From the NCBI GenBank assembly GCA_964633995.1, contig CAZWKN010000005.1:920-64919 (forward strand): a stretch of 64,000 nt of DNA, read 5' to 3'. The DNA comes from an uncultured Gammaproteobacteria bacterium. GTDB lineage: Bacteria; Patescibacteriota; Microgenomatia; CAZETR01; Amesbacteraceae. Under the pieces are notes generated by a model, which was given only the letters and a program-made list of their open reading frames with translations, was not told the origin of the DNA and searched no databases. Position numbers and translations under genes: made by a program. Shown piece after piece: positions 30,044 through 39,800 of this stretch; positions within the stretch are counted from its first letter, which is position 1, and each line of letters begins with the position of its first letter.

Positions 30044-30961
30044 ATGTTAGACCCACAATTTACAGTCACCCAAACCGAATCCAAAGGCAATTATGCCAAA
30101 TTCGTAATTGAACCACTTCCACAAGGATTTGGCCACACGTTAGGCAATAGCCTGCGCCGTGTTTTATATTCTTCAATTCCTGGGGCCAGTATTACCAGTT
30201 TGACAATTGCTGGGGCTAATCATCAATTTTCCTCACTCGAAGGTGTCAGTGAAGACGTTGTTAAACTCGTTCTTTCCTTAAAACAACTCAGAGTTTCTTA
30301 CACCGGAGAAAAACCAACCAAAATTTCTCTTTCTGCCAAGGGTCCAGGTGAAGTAACTGCCGCCCAATTTGAACTTCCTGGTGATGTAAAAATCGCCAAC
30401 CCAGAATTAATTATTGCTCACCTTACAGACAAATCTACCAAACTGGATATCGAAGCAGTAGTTGAATCAGGTTTAGGATATTCTCCAGCTGAAGAGCGCA
30501 AAAGCACCACCGTTGGTGTCATTCCCATCGACGCCAGTTTTACTCCGGTTGTCAGGGTAAATTATACAGTTGAAGCTACCCGCGTAGGGCGAGTTACCAA
30601 TTTCGACAAATTAGTCTTAGAAATTACCACTGATGGCACAATAGATGCCAAATTAGCCCTGGAGACAGCTTCCAAGATTCTTGTAAATTACTTTTCAGCT
30701 GTATCCAATCCCCAGACATCTTCATCTTCAGTAACCACATTTTCAGGTGTTCGTGTTGGTGGAGGGGCTAGTTTAGCAGTTGAAGAATTGGATTTACCTA
30801 CCCGAATCGCGAATGCTCTTCAAAAAGCCGGCATGGAAACAGTTGCCCAGCTTCAAGCGGTTCCCAAAGCGGAGTTGGCAAAAGTCAAAAATCTAGGCAC
30901 CAAGTCCGTAAAAATTATTGAAGTAGCTTTACGTGAGCGCGGGCTAGAACTCGCTCAATGA
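30044..30961 (+). CDS. rpoA: DNA-directed RNA polymerase subunit alpha
   Basis: ...FVIEPLPQGFGHTLGNSLRRVLYSSIPGASITS... and C-terminal domain. Start set to the ATG at 30044; the longer 30020 ORF overlaps rpsD. Confidence 0.9.
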   Translation: MLDPQFTVTQTESKGNYAKFVIEPLPQGFGHTLGNSLRRVLYSSIPGASITSLTIAGANHQFSSLEGVSEDVVKLVLSLKQLRVSYTGEKPTKISLSAKGPGEVTAAQFELPGDVKIANPELIIAHLTDKSTKLDIEAVVESGLGYSPAEERKSTTVGVIPIDASFTPVVRVNYTVEATRVGRVTNFDKLVLEITTDGTIDAKLALETASKILVNYFSAVSNPQTSSSSVTTFSGVRVGGGASLAVEELDLPTRIANALQKAGMETVAQLQAVPKAELAKVKNLGTKSVKIIEVALRERGLELAQ

Positions 30962-30964
30962 CAC

Positions 30965-31438
30965 ATGTCTCACAATGTTTTTGGAAAGAAACTCAATCGT
31001 GATACCGGCCAACGCCTCGCACTTCTAAAAGGCCTAGCCGGAGCTCTTATTCGTTCAGAAGCTATTGAAACTACCCAAGCCAAAGCCATAGCCGCCCGTG
31101 GCCTGATTGAAAAACTAATTACCCAGGCCCGCCGTGGTTCATTAACCGATATCAGACAGATCGAATCAATTATTATTCACAAAGATTTGGTAGACAAACT
31201 GGTTCATGATCTGGCTCCACGTTTTGCCGGAAGACCGGGAGGTTATCTTCGATTAATTAAAGTAGGTAATAGAACCGGTGACAATGCTCCCATGGTTAGA
31301 ATGGAATTTGTTTCAGCGGCGGTTGCACCAGTTAAAGTCGAAAAGGAAGAAAAGACAGAAAAAGTAACAAAAGTTGTAAAAAAAGTTGTAAAAACTGCCG
31401 CCAAAAAGCCGGTGAAAAAAGTTGCGAAATCTAAGTAA
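30965..31438 (+). CDS. rplQ: 50S ribosomal protein L17, with Lys-rich C-terminal tail
   Basis: L17 core (LIKVGNRTGDNAPM) plus a K/V-rich extension. Confidence 0.9.
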   Translation: MSHNVFGKKLNRDTGQRLALLKGLAGALIRSEAIETTQAKAIAARGLIEKLITQARRGSLTDIRQIESIIIHKDLVDKLVHDLAPRFAGRPGGYLRLIKVGNRTGDNAPMVRMEFVSAAVAPVKVEKEEKTEKVTKVVKKVVKTAAKKPVKKVAKSK

Positions 31439-31449
31439 CCTCAATCCAT

Positions 31450-31875
31450 ATGAAAAAAACGTTCGTTCCCAAACCAGCTGATATTGCCAGAAAATGGCAC
31501 ATATTTGATGCCAAAGACCAGGTTTTAGGTAGACTTGCCACCAAAATCGCCGTCATTCTCATGGGCAAACACCGCCCTGATTTTGCCAGACATGTTGACG
31601 GAGGAGACCATGTGGTCGTTATCAATGCTTCAAAAGTTGCTGTCACTGGACGCAAAGAAGTTCAAAAACTTTATCATCGTCACTCCGGCTATCCAGGGGG
31701 CATGAAAGTTACGACCCTTGAGCAGATGCGGGCCAACAAACCAGAACAAGTTATAATTCATGCTATTGCCGGCATGCTTCCTGACAACAAGCTTCAGGAT
31801 CGTGTTCTAAAACATCTCCATGTTTACCCGGACGAAACTCACCCATACGAAAAACAATTTAAATCTCAATCATGA
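31450..31875 (+). CDS. rplM: 50S ribosomal protein L13
   Basis: WHIFDAKDQVLGRLATKIAVILMGKHRP is a typical L13 sequence. Confidence 0.93.
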   Translation: MKKTFVPKPADIARKWHIFDAKDQVLGRLATKIAVILMGKHRPDFARHVDGGDHVVVINASKVAVTGRKEVQKLYHRHSGYPGGMKVTTLEQMRANKPEQVIIHAIAGMLPDNKLQDRVLKHLHVYPDETHPYEKQFKSQS

Positions 31876-32276
31876 CTGATTCAAAAATAAAAATTATTTC
31901 CAATGGAGTTGGTCGTAGAAAAGAAGCTATAGCTTCAGTCCGGCTTATCTCTGGCAATGGTGAGGTTACTGTCAATGGAAAAAACGCTTTGGACTATTTC
32001 CCAGGTGAAATTGCTAAACGCAGACTAAACGAACCCTTTACCTCACTCGCAGTTAGTAAATACTCAGCCATTGCCAAAGCTCATGGCGGAGGCAAATTTG
32101 GCCAGCTAGACGCCGTCGTCTTAGCAATTTCCCGAGCTTTAGTAGCTCACAAATCAGACTACAAACCAGCTCTTCGTAAAGCAGGCCTAATGACCAGAGA
32201 CGCCAGGGTTCGCCAAAGGCGTCAAGTTGGTACCGGCGGCAAAGCCCGAAGACGCAAACAATCCCCCAAGCGCTAA
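31872..32276 (+). CDS. rpsI: 30S ribosomal protein S9
   Basis: GRRKEAIASVRL... and basic C-terminus ...RRRKQSPKR. Confidence 0.93.
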   Translation: MTDSKIKIISNGVGRRKEAIASVRLISGNGEVTVNGKNALDYFPGEIAKRRLNEPFTSLAVSKYSAIAKAHGGGKFGQLDAVVLAISRALVAHKSDYKPALRKAGLMTRDARVRQRRQVGTGGKARRRKQSPKR

Positions 32277-32599
32277 CCTCTCCTTAGCGCCGCAAAAAAG
32301 CCTAGAGCCAGTAGTGCTATTGCAATTCCATTTGCCCAAACCGATACCCTGTTTTTCATCCAAGCATGGGCCATTGTACTTATTACAATAGCCACACCCG
32401 GAAACCCGATTACAATTACAATAATTACCAAATTTCCCCAATACGTCTGGCTGAATTTGTCAATAAACGTATCAAACAAATAATCAGTTCCCAGCCCGGC
32501 ATACAGCATTATCGACATCCAAAACAAAATTGCCGGTGCCAATAGGACCACATTTATAATCGCCAACGCCTTCGTCGAAATTTTTTTACTTTCCCCCAC
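32273..32599 (-). CDS. Small multi-TM membrane protein, hypothetical
   Basis: 108 aa, almost entirely hydrophobic. Convergent with rpsI. Confidence 0.4.
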   Translation of the reverse strand: MGESKKISTKALAIINVVLLAPAILFWMSIMLYAGLGTDYLFDTFIDKFSQTYWGNLVIIVIVIGFPGVAIVISTMAHAWMKNRVSVWANGIAIALLALGFFAALRRG

Positions 32600-32662
32600 A
32601 CTCCCAATTTATCATTACTCGACCTTCTCTGCTACCATTCCTATCCTATCAAACTCACTTTG

Positions 32663-32733
32663 TCGGGGCGGGCAGAATTGAACTGCCTCCACACGCACCC
32701 CATGCGCGCATTCTACCGTCAAACTCCGCCCCG
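32663..32733 (-). tRNA. tRNA-Pro (anticodon GGG)
   Basis: A 71-nt cloverleaf read on the minus strand. Acceptor CGGGGCG/CGCCCCG (C1:G72) with A73, the tRNA-Pro identity pattern. Anticodon stem CGCGC/GCGTG with loop ATGGGGT (U33, GGG, G37). T-arm GGCAG-TTCAATT-CTGCC. The D-stem is weak (GTTT/GAAT) and position 8 is G. CCA is not encoded. Confidence 0.6.
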
Positions 32734-32792
32734 TACGTAAGTTATTTTATCATGGAGCTCCGCTGGCAATACGATCATGCTAAAATAACCTT

Positions 32793-33572
32793 ATGCTGGC
32801 CACATTTAGGGAAACAGTCAAAAGCCTCCAGGACAAAAAATACGGCCCCACTATCATTTCAAAACCCATGGGCCAGGTACTTTGGTACTGGTCCAAATAC
32901 CTTCTCTTGCTTGTTGGGATTGGTTTTGTTATAGGAGCTAGTCTGATCGTCTATTCCACTCCCCAGGTTCCCAAACTTCTCAAATCCAATCTTCCCGACG
33001 CCACCATAAGTATCAAAGACGGCAAATTTTTATCGACACTAAAAGAACCTTATATCGTTGGTTCAACTGAGTTTTCTCTCGTTGTGGACTCGCAAGGTTC
33101 CGCCAAGGATTTAGATAAATATACATCCGGAATTCTTGTTTTGTCGGACGCATTATTAATAAAAAACCCGGACGGCAAAGTCGAATCCAGAAAACTGTCT
33201 GACTTTGGCGATTTCAGTACCAGTAGAGCGGAGTTAGTTTCGTGGACCTCAACTCACAATCTCAAGTTAGCAGGTATTGGAGTAGGCCTTCTTTTGGCAC
33301 TTCTTACGGTCTATTCATTATTTTATTGGTCTTCCAAACTCATCGGATTTTTTATAACAGGCCTAATCTTTTGGCTTATTGCTAAAGTTATCAAACGCCA
33401 ACTGGACTTCCAAAATTCAGTCAAAATTGTTATCTACGCCTCGGTACTTCCTCTTTTGCTAGGAGCTGTTTTGGCCATGGCCCCAAACCAAATACTATCT
33501 TACGTTAATCTGGCTATTTTTCTTTACTTTGGCCTTACTTGGGTTTGGAATTTATCCACTTCTAAATCATGA
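32793..33572 (+). CDS. Hypothetical membrane protein (several TM helices with an extracytoplasmic loop)
   Basis: 259 aa with hydrophobic segments at the N- and C-termini. Confidence 0.45.
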   Translation: MLATFRETVKSLQDKKYGPTIISKPMGQVLWYWSKYLLLLVGIGFVIGASLIVYSTPQVPKLLKSNLPDATISIKDGKFLSTLKEPYIVGSTEFSLVVDSQGSAKDLDKYTSGILVLSDALLIKNPDGKVESRKLSDFGDFSTSRAELVSWTSTHNLKLAGIGVGLLLALLTVYSLFYWSSKLIGFFITGLIFWLIAKVIKRQLDFQNSVKIVIYASVLPLLLGAVLAMAPNQILSYVNLAIFLYFGLTWVWNLSTSKS

Positions 33573-34288
33573 TTTCTCCACTAAATCTCCTCAAACAATC
33601 CATCCGTCTTTTTTTCTCCAATTTTACTTATCTTTTAAAATTTTATTTTGTTAGTGTAGGTGTTTCTCTGCTTGCTTTCTCCCCACTGGCCATTCTTCTT
33701 ATCGTCTTGGGAGTTGCTTATGGTGGACACGCTGAGGTGCTCAACAAAACTCTGCTTATAGCATTGGGGGCGTTGGGTTCAATTCTGGGGGTATTGGCCA
33801 TGATCATATTAAATGTAGCCAGCTTTGTTCAGTACAAATCGATTGTTAGCAACGAACGTCTATCGATTAAAGACCTTTTCCTTCAGGCTAAAAAACTTCT
33901 ATCACCATTCTTTTCCACCGGCCTACTTTCAGGTTTGGCCATCCTGGGTGGCACGTTATTTTTTATCATCCCTGGCATAATCTTCTCCTTCTGGTTTTAT
34001 TTTTCCACCATGGTCGTACTCTTCGAAAACATTTCTGGAGTACCTGCGTTATCGCGAAGCAAACAAATAGTTCGTGGTCGTTTTCTCAAGCTTGTTTGGT
34101 ACTCAATTTTCCCCGGTTTGATTCTTGCCTTGTTATCGCTCGTCATTGGTATGTTCTCAGCCATATCCAAACCCCTTGGTACATCCGCCGATTTACTATT
34201 TTCACTAATTACCATGCCCTTCGGAGTAATCAGCACGATTTATTCTTTCTTGGTATATCAACAATTTTCTTCTTCAGCGCAAAACTAG
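33569..34288 (+). CDS. Hypothetical multi-TM membrane protein
   Basis: 239 aa, about 6 TM helices. Overlaps the upstream gene by 4 nt. Confidence 0.45.
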   Translation: MISPLNLLKQSIRLFFSNFTYLLKFYFVSVGVSLLAFSPLAILLIVLGVAYGGHAEVLNKTLLIALGALGSILGVLAMIILNVASFVQYKSIVSNERLSIKDLFLQAKKLLSPFFSTGLLSGLAILGGTLFFIIPGIIFSFWFYFSTMVVLFENISGVPALSRSKQIVRGRFLKLVWYSIFPGLILALLSLVIGMFSAISKPLGTSADLLFSLITMPFGVISTIYSFLVYQQFSSSAQN

Positions 34289-34329
34289 CCCTTGCAAATT
34301 TTTTATAGGATTGTATATTTGGGTTAACT

Positions 34330-35370
34330 ATGGCAAACGATCAAAAGAACCAGGCGATAAAAACCGCCATGGAACAAATCGAAAAACAATTTGGTAAAGG
34401 CTCGATCATGAAGTTGGGTGAAAAGTCAGAAAAGTTTCAGGTCGATGTTATCTCTAGTGGCTCAATCGCTCTTGACGTAGCTCTCGGCATTGGCGGCTTC
34501 CCCAGAGGGCGTATAACCGAAATCTACGGCCCAGAAGCTTCAGGTAAGACGACAATCGCTCTGCACTGTATCGCCGAAGCCCAAAAAGCCGGGGGAACCG
34601 CTGCTTTCATCGACGCCGAGCACGCCCTAGATCCCAGTCGGGCAGATGCCATCGGTGTAGACCTGGACAACTTATATATTTCCCAACCAGACACTGGTGA
34701 ACAAGCGTTGGAAATAGTAGAGACCTTAATTCGCTCAGGAGCTATCGACGTTATTGTTATCGATTCCGTAGCAGCCCTCGTTCCCCGCGCCGAAATCGAA
34801 GGCGAAATGGGGGATTCTGTCATGGGTGTTCAAGCTCGTCTAATGTCTCAGGCGTTGCGAAAAATTACCGGGGCCATTTCCAAATCCAAAAGCGTCGTCA
34901 TCTTTACCAACCAACTACGCATGAAAATTGGCGTTATGTTTGGTAACCCCGAGACCACCCCCGGAGGCATGGCTCTCAAATTTTATAGTTCAATAAGGAT
35001 CGACACCCGAAAAATTGAAACCCTCAAAGACGGGGATGTAGTGATCGGTTCTCGTCATCGGGCCAGGGTAGTCAAAAACAAAACCGCCCCTCCATTCCGT
35101 GTAGCCGAATTTGATATTTTAAACAACGGTGGTATTAGTAAAAGTGGCGGTCTTTTGGATGTGGGTCTTGAATTGGGCATCTTTACCAAAAAAGGTTCGT
35201 TCATATATTTTCAAGAAGCTATTATCGGTCAAGGTAAAGAAGCCGCCAGAGCTTATTTGGACGAGAATCACAAAATAGCCAAGCAAGTCGAAGAAGCAAT
35301 TTGGAAGACAGTCAAAGACAACAAAAAACCTCTTCCCAAACAGGTCGGCACCGAAATGCCCGAGGAATAA
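34330..35370 (+). CDS. recA: Recombinase RecA
   Basis: Walker [10 protein letters not shown], the RecA signature [11 protein letters not shown], and L1/L2 loop regions. Confidence 0.95.
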   Translation: MANDQKNQAIKTAMEQIEKQFGKGSIMKLGEKSEKFQVDVISSGSIALDVALGIGGFPRGRITEIYGPEASGKTTIALHCIAEAQKAGGTAAFIDAEHALDPSRADAIGVDLDNLYISQPDTGEQALEIVETLIRSGAIDVIVIDSVAALVPRAEIEGEMGDSVMGVQARLMSQALRKITGAISKSKSVVIFTNQLRMKIGVMFGNPETTPGGMALKFYSSIRIDTRKIETLKDGDVVIGSRHRARVVKNKTAPPFRVAEFDILNNGGISKSGGLLDVGLELGIFTKKGSFIYFQEAIIGQGKEAARAYLDENHKIAKQVEEAIWKTVKDNKKPLPKQVGTEMPEE

Positions 35371-35376
35371 TCACCC

Positions 35377-35829
35377 ATGAACGATGTCCAAAGACTCCAG
35401 GATTTAGGACTCAAGTTTCTCAGTTTTCGCCCCCGTAGCAAAAAAGAACTAGAAACGTATTTATCAAAGAAAACTTCAGATCAGGATTTGGTAGCTCAAA
35501 TTATAAAAAAATTCGAAGATCAAAAATTGATCAACGATCAGGAATTTGCCACTTGGTTAATCGAATCCAGATCTCGCTCCAGTCCCCGCGGAAGTAGGCT
35601 GCTAAAACAAGAGCTAAAACAAAAAGGCATCGACTTAGAAACAATCAACGACTATCGTATGACCACAAATGACGAAATCGTCTTGGCAAAAAAAGCCATG
35701 GAAAAAAAACTAAATTTATGGAAAAAACTTTCAAAAAGGGAAGTTGAGATTAAGGCAAAGCGATTTCTAATGACCAGGGGCTTTTCCTGGGAGACGATTG
35801 AGAAAGTCGTCAAATCAGAGTATAATTAG
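35377..35829 (+). CDS. recX: Regulatory protein RecX
   Basis: 150-aa helical-repeat protein immediately after recA. Confidence 0.7.
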   Translation: MNDVQRLQDLGLKFLSFRPRSKKELETYLSKKTSDQDLVAQIIKKFEDQKLINDQEFATWLIESRSRSSPRGSRLLKQELKQKGIDLETINDYRMTTNDEIVLAKKAMEKKLNLWKKLSKREVEIKAKRFLMTRGFSWETIEKVVKSEYN

Positions 35830-35855
35830 ATCATGTTAACTAAACATCTACTTTT

Positions 35856-37034
35856 ATGGCCACTGATCCCCGGGAAGAGTATTTAACAAAGCTAGAAAAA
35901 CTATCTGGGTTGTCGCGTGAAGAAGCCAAAAAACTTTTATTGGCAGAAGCCGAAAAATTATTTGCTTCGGATCTGGCCAAGCAAATCGAACAAACCAGGG
36001 CCGATTACACCAGCCGGGCCAACGAGTTAGCCCAAGATATTATTGTCGAAGCCATGCTTCATGGCGCGACTGAATACACAGCTGAATATACCGTTTCGTT
36101 GGTTACCCTTCCAAACGAAGGCGTAAAAGGCAGTATTATCGGCAAGGGTGGTAACAATATTGCCGCTTTTGAACGCGCCACAGGAGTCGAAATAGAAATA
36201 GAAGAGGGAAATGCTATCAGATTGTCATCCTTTGATTCACTGCGACGCGAAGTGGCCAGAAGATCGTTAGAGTTTCTCATCAAAGATGGTCGTATTACCC
36301 CATCCCGCATAGAAGAAGTTGTTATCCAGACCAGAAACCAGTTGGATCTTACCCTCATGGACGAAGGCCGGAAAATTTGTGCCGCTTGTGGTGTTTACAA
36401 TTTGGATCCAGAACTTATCAAGATTATCGGCCGCTACCGTTTCAGATTTTCCTACGGTCAAAACTTGGGTATTCATACTATTGAGGAAACCAAAATCGGT
36501 GTCCAAATTGCCCACGAGATTGGCCTCTCCGAATCTCAGATTCAAAATGTCAGGTTGGGCTGTCTTTTGCACGATATTGGTAAAGTAGTAACAGATGAAG
36601 AAGGTACCCATGTCCAACTTGGTGTCCAACTACTCAAAAAATTCAATTTCGCGGACGAGGTAGTCAACGCAGTCGCCGAACATCATGAAGACAAGCCTTT
36701 CTCGTCAGTTGTCTCCCGCATCGTTTGGGTCGCGGATGCAATTTCAGGATCCAGGCCAGGTGCTAGATACGAACCTCACGAGTCCTATGTCAAAAGGCTA
36801 GAAAAAATCGAAGAGGTCGGCCATTCTTTCCCCGAAGTTGCGGAAGTTTTCGCTTTTCAAGCCGGCCGTGACGTCAGAGTTATTGTGAGACCTGAGGCAG
36901 TTTCAGATGCAGAGCTCACTATGCTTGTTTCAAAAATTCGTCAAAAACTGGAAAAAGATGCCCAATATGTGGGCCAAATAAAGATAACTGCCATCCGCGA
37001 AGTTCGCGCTACAGACATTACCAAGGCCAAATAG
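35856..37034 (+). CDS. rny: Ribonuclease Y (KH plus HD domains), short form without long N-terminal region
   Basis: KH motif VTLPNEGVKGSIIGKGGNNIAAFE, linker ...RREVARRSLEFLIKDGRITPSRIEEVV, and HD motif LLHDIGK. recA-recX-rny order as in Firmicutes. Confidence 0.88.
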   Translation: MATDPREEYLTKLEKLSGLSREEAKKLLLAEAEKLFASDLAKQIEQTRADYTSRANELAQDIIVEAMLHGATEYTAEYTVSLVTLPNEGVKGSIIGKGGNNIAAFERATGVEIEIEEGNAIRLSSFDSLRREVARRSLEFLIKDGRITPSRIEEVVIQTRNQLDLTLMDEGRKICAACGVYNLDPELIKIIGRYRFRFSYGQNLGIHTIEETKIGVQIAHEIGLSESQIQNVRLGCLLHDIGKVVTDEEGTHVQLGVQLLKKFNFADEVVNAVAEHHEDKPFSSVVSRIVWVADAISGSRPGARYEPHESYVKRLEKIEEVGHSFPEVAEVFAFQAGRDVRVIVRPEAVSDAELTMLVSKIRQKLEKDAQYVGQIKITAIREVRATDITKAK

Positions 37035-37121
37035 AAACTCCCGCTTGACTTCCTCTCTCACTTATAATATTTTTGGCTAAGATATGTGGTTTTTTAAAAT
37101 AGCGAAAGGGGGTGAAGATAA

Positions 37122-37394
37122 ATGACCAAACAACAAATGTTCGAGTTGGTAGCCAGAAAAGCTCACTTGACCAAAAAAGCCGCTCGTGAATCAGTTGAGA
37201 CATTACTAGACGAGATCAAAAAATCTCTTTCCAAAGGAGACAAAGTAGTTCTCTCGGGTTTCGGCACTTTCAAAGTAGTCAGTGTCAAAGACAAACCGGT
37301 AATCATCCCCGGTACTTCTGAAAGAAAAATGGTCAAAGGCCATCGTGCCGCTCGCTTCACTCCGGGTAAGACTCTCAAAAAAGCAGTAAAGTAG
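37122..37394 (+). CDS. hup: DNA-binding protein HU
   Basis: 90 aa: ...VVLSGFGTFKVVSVKDKPVIIPGTSERKMVKGHRAARFTPGK. SD AAGGGGGTGA upstream. Confidence 0.93.
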   Translation: MTKQQMFELVARKAHLTKKAARESVETLLDEIKKSLSKGDKVVLSGFGTFKVVSVKDKPVIIPGTSERKMVKGHRAARFTPGKTLKKAVK

Positions 37395-37413
37395 TAGAGT
37401 CTGCATCGGAATT

Positions 37414-37439
37414 AAAACGGGGCCAAGGCCCCGTTTTTG
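37414..37439 (+). terminator. Rho-independent terminator after hup
   Basis: Hairpin ACGGGGCC-AA-GGCCCCGT followed by TTTTT. Confidence 0.7.
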
Positions 37440-37454
37440 GTAAAATCTTTCCAT

Positions 37455-38240
37455 ATGCGCAAATATTGGAGATTTTTTACCGTCGAGTTTCAACAGTCCG
37501 TCAACTACCGACCTGAAGCCTTCGTTTGGTTTCTATTAGAATTGGCCCCCATGTTGATAATGGTCAATCTTTCTGGATATCTTCAATCAACAGGTCGGTT
37601 AAACCACCAGCAATACAGTCAGTTTATTTTATATTTTGTCGTCAATCTTTATGTTTCCAGGCTTACCGCAGTGCATTTTGAGGACAATCTTATAGATGAC
37701 ATCAAAGACGGTAAGATAAGTTCAGGGCTCCTCAAGCCCTTTTCCTTTTATTGGCATTTACTATTTAGGGAATTTTCATGGAGACTGTCCGGGCTCATGT
37801 ATCTTATTCCAACGTTTTTATTATTAATTCCGCTTATCAATACATTAATACTTCCTCATACTACTCCAGGGATAATCTTGGCGCTTATTCCAGCTCTTGT
37901 AATCGCATATTTACAACGTTATTTTCTTGGCTGGATAATCAGCCTTCCCGCCTTTTGGTTTGACCAGTCGAAGGTCTTGGTCCATTTGCGTTGGATGGCC
38001 GAGGGAATTCTTGGTGGCGCCTGGTTACCCCTCTATCTTTTCCCCGCCTGGTGGCAGTCTTTTGCCCGACTAACACCGTTTTATTATTGGTTTTATTTTC
38101 CTACCCAGTTATTTCTCGGCAATATTACAAACATAGCCGGTCAATTTCTAATAGCCATTTTATGGGTTTTTATTCTTTATTTTATTTCTTCCTGGTTTTG
38201 GAATTTCGCTGTCAAAAGTTATTCTTCGGTTGGGGGTTAA
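37455..38240 (+). CDS. ABC-2-type transporter permease, paralog 1 of 6
   Basis: About 6 TM helices and a shared motif (I/V)SxGxLxxLLKPxSFY. Start chosen at MRKYWRFF to match the MKKY/MRKY starts of the paralogs. Confidence 0.7.
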   Translation: MRKYWRFFTVEFQQSVNYRPEAFVWFLLELAPMLIMVNLSGYLQSTGRLNHQQYSQFILYFVVNLYVSRLTAVHFEDNLIDDIKDGKISSGLLKPFSFYWHLLFREFSWRLSGLMYLIPTFLLLIPLINTLILPHTTPGIILALIPALVIAYLQRYFLGWIISLPAFWFDQSKVLVHLRWMAEGILGGAWLPLYLFPAWWQSFARLTPFYYWFYFPTQLFLGNITNIAGQFLIAILWVFILYFISSWFWNFAVKSYSSVGG

Positions 38241-38243
38241 TAT

Positions 38244-39032
38244 ATGCGCAAATATTTATCACTCTTTGCAAAATTTATCAGCCTTTCTTGGATGAGTGCC
38301 ATGGAATATCGCGCCAATTTTATTTCCTGGATGCTTGTTGATCTCGGCTGGTCGTGCATGGACTTACTGTTTACTACAGTACTTATCAACTTTACTCAGG
38401 TCATGGGATCGTGGAACAGGGGCGAAATGTTGGTTGTTTTGGGCGTTTTTCGCCTATTGGTAGTACCTGTCTGGGGTTGGATGTATCAAAGTTTTAATCT
38501 TGTTCCTAGGTATATCTCAGAAGGCCGGCTTGATTTGTTTCTTACAAAACCAGCAGATAGTCAATTTTTAATTTCGTCCCAACAATTTGGATTTTCCATT
38601 ATTCCGTCATTTTTTACTGGTATCGGGTTTGTCATATATGGATTTTTTCTCCTAGGAAAATTTCCCTCGTTTCCTTCAGTAATGTTGTCTATCTGGCTGC
38701 TTGGAGTTTCTACTCTTTTGGCGTATGGAGTATATTTCTCCATGATCGCCTATAGTTTATATGTAGAAAGATTAAACAATATCCAGCACATTTTTACTTC
38801 GCTTTACGAAGCCTCTCGTTACCCTGCCATCATTTTTTCTCCTGTACTAAGATTTATATTCTTGACTATATTGCCGATTTCCGTAATTGTTACTGTTCCC
38901 GCCCAGGCGTTATTTTCGCATGTTAAATTTTTCGACCTTGTTAGTTTTCATCTCCTGGCCATAATATTTTTCTTTGTAAGTCGCTTTATTTGGAACCGGG
39001 GTTTACGTCGTTACAGTAGCGCCTCATCATGA
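38244..39032 (+). CDS. ABC-2-type transporter permease, paralog 2
   Basis: MRKYLSLF start, motif ISEGRLDLFLTKPADSQF, C-terminal ...RRYSSASS. Confidence 0.7.
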   Translation: MRKYLSLFAKFISLSWMSAMEYRANFISWMLVDLGWSCMDLLFTTVLINFTQVMGSWNRGEMLVVLGVFRLLVVPVWGWMYQSFNLVPRYISEGRLDLFLTKPADSQFLISSQQFGFSIIPSFFTGIGFVIYGFFLLGKFPSFPSVMLSIWLLGVSTLLAYGVYFSMIAYSLYVERLNNIQHIFTSLYEASRYPAIIFSPVLRFIFLTILPISVIVTVPAQALFSHVKFFDLVSFHLLAIIFFFVSRFIWNRGLRRYSSASS

Positions 39033-39799
39033 AGAAATACTTTGTTCTGTTTAGCCAGCGCTTCTCCGAATACTCCACTTATCGCGTCAGGCTTCTGGTT
39101 ACCCTGCTGCAGGGATTCGTCACTCCATTGTTTTTACTTTTGGTTTTATCTCATGTTTCGCCCAGACCCGGTTTTACCACCTCGGGTCTAGTTAGCTACT
39201 TTTTATTAGTAGGTCTGATTTATCCACTAACCAAATCCAAAGTAAACGAATTTGTCGAGGAATATACCACGTCGGGCGACGTAAATAATTTTCTGGTCAA
39301 GCCTTTATCATTTTACAAATACATGTTAGCAAACGATCTGTCTTGGAAAATTCTCAACCTTCTAACCGTATTGCCGTTTATCATCCTTACTGGTTTTTTT
39401 ATCTTAAGAGACAATCCTGTCAATTCAAACGTGTTGGTAATTGGGACAACTGTCCTTACCACGATTATTTCGTTTTTAATTTCATTCAACTTCAGTTATC
39501 TGGTTGGCCTGTTTTCGTTTTGGTTGGACGAATTTTGGGCAATAAATAATGTTAAATTCGTAGTTGTAAATTTATTGGGTGGGGTAGTTTTGCCATACAC
39601 TTTTTTCCCTGGTTGGGCCACCCTAGTTTTAAAATATTCCCCCTTCCCGTACATGATTACTTGGCCAGTTAGGGTTATTCAGGGGCAGTTCGAGTCGCTC
39701 GAGCTATTAGTATCGTTCATCTGGCTCATCGTCTTTGCGATTTTAATCAGGTTCTTTCAAAACCAGGCCATTCAAAAATATTCGCATACTGCTAGTTAA
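39029..39799 (+). CDS. ABC-2-type transporter permease, paralog 3
   Basis: MKKYFVLF start, motif TSGDVNNFLVKPLSFYKY, C-terminal ...QKYSHTAS. Confidence 0.7.
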   Translation: MKKYFVLFSQRFSEYSTYRVRLLVTLLQGFVTPLFLLLVLSHVSPRPGFTTSGLVSYFLLVGLIYPLTKSKVNEFVEEYTTSGDVNNFLVKPLSFYKYMLANDLSWKILNLLTVLPFIILTGFFILRDNPVNSNVLVIGTTVLTTIISFLISFNFSYLVGLFSFWLDEFWAINNVKFVVVNLLGGVVLPYTFFPGWATLVLKYSPFPYMITWPVRVIQGQFESLELLVSFIWLIVFAILIRFFQNQAIQKYSHTAS

Positions 39800-39800
39800 T

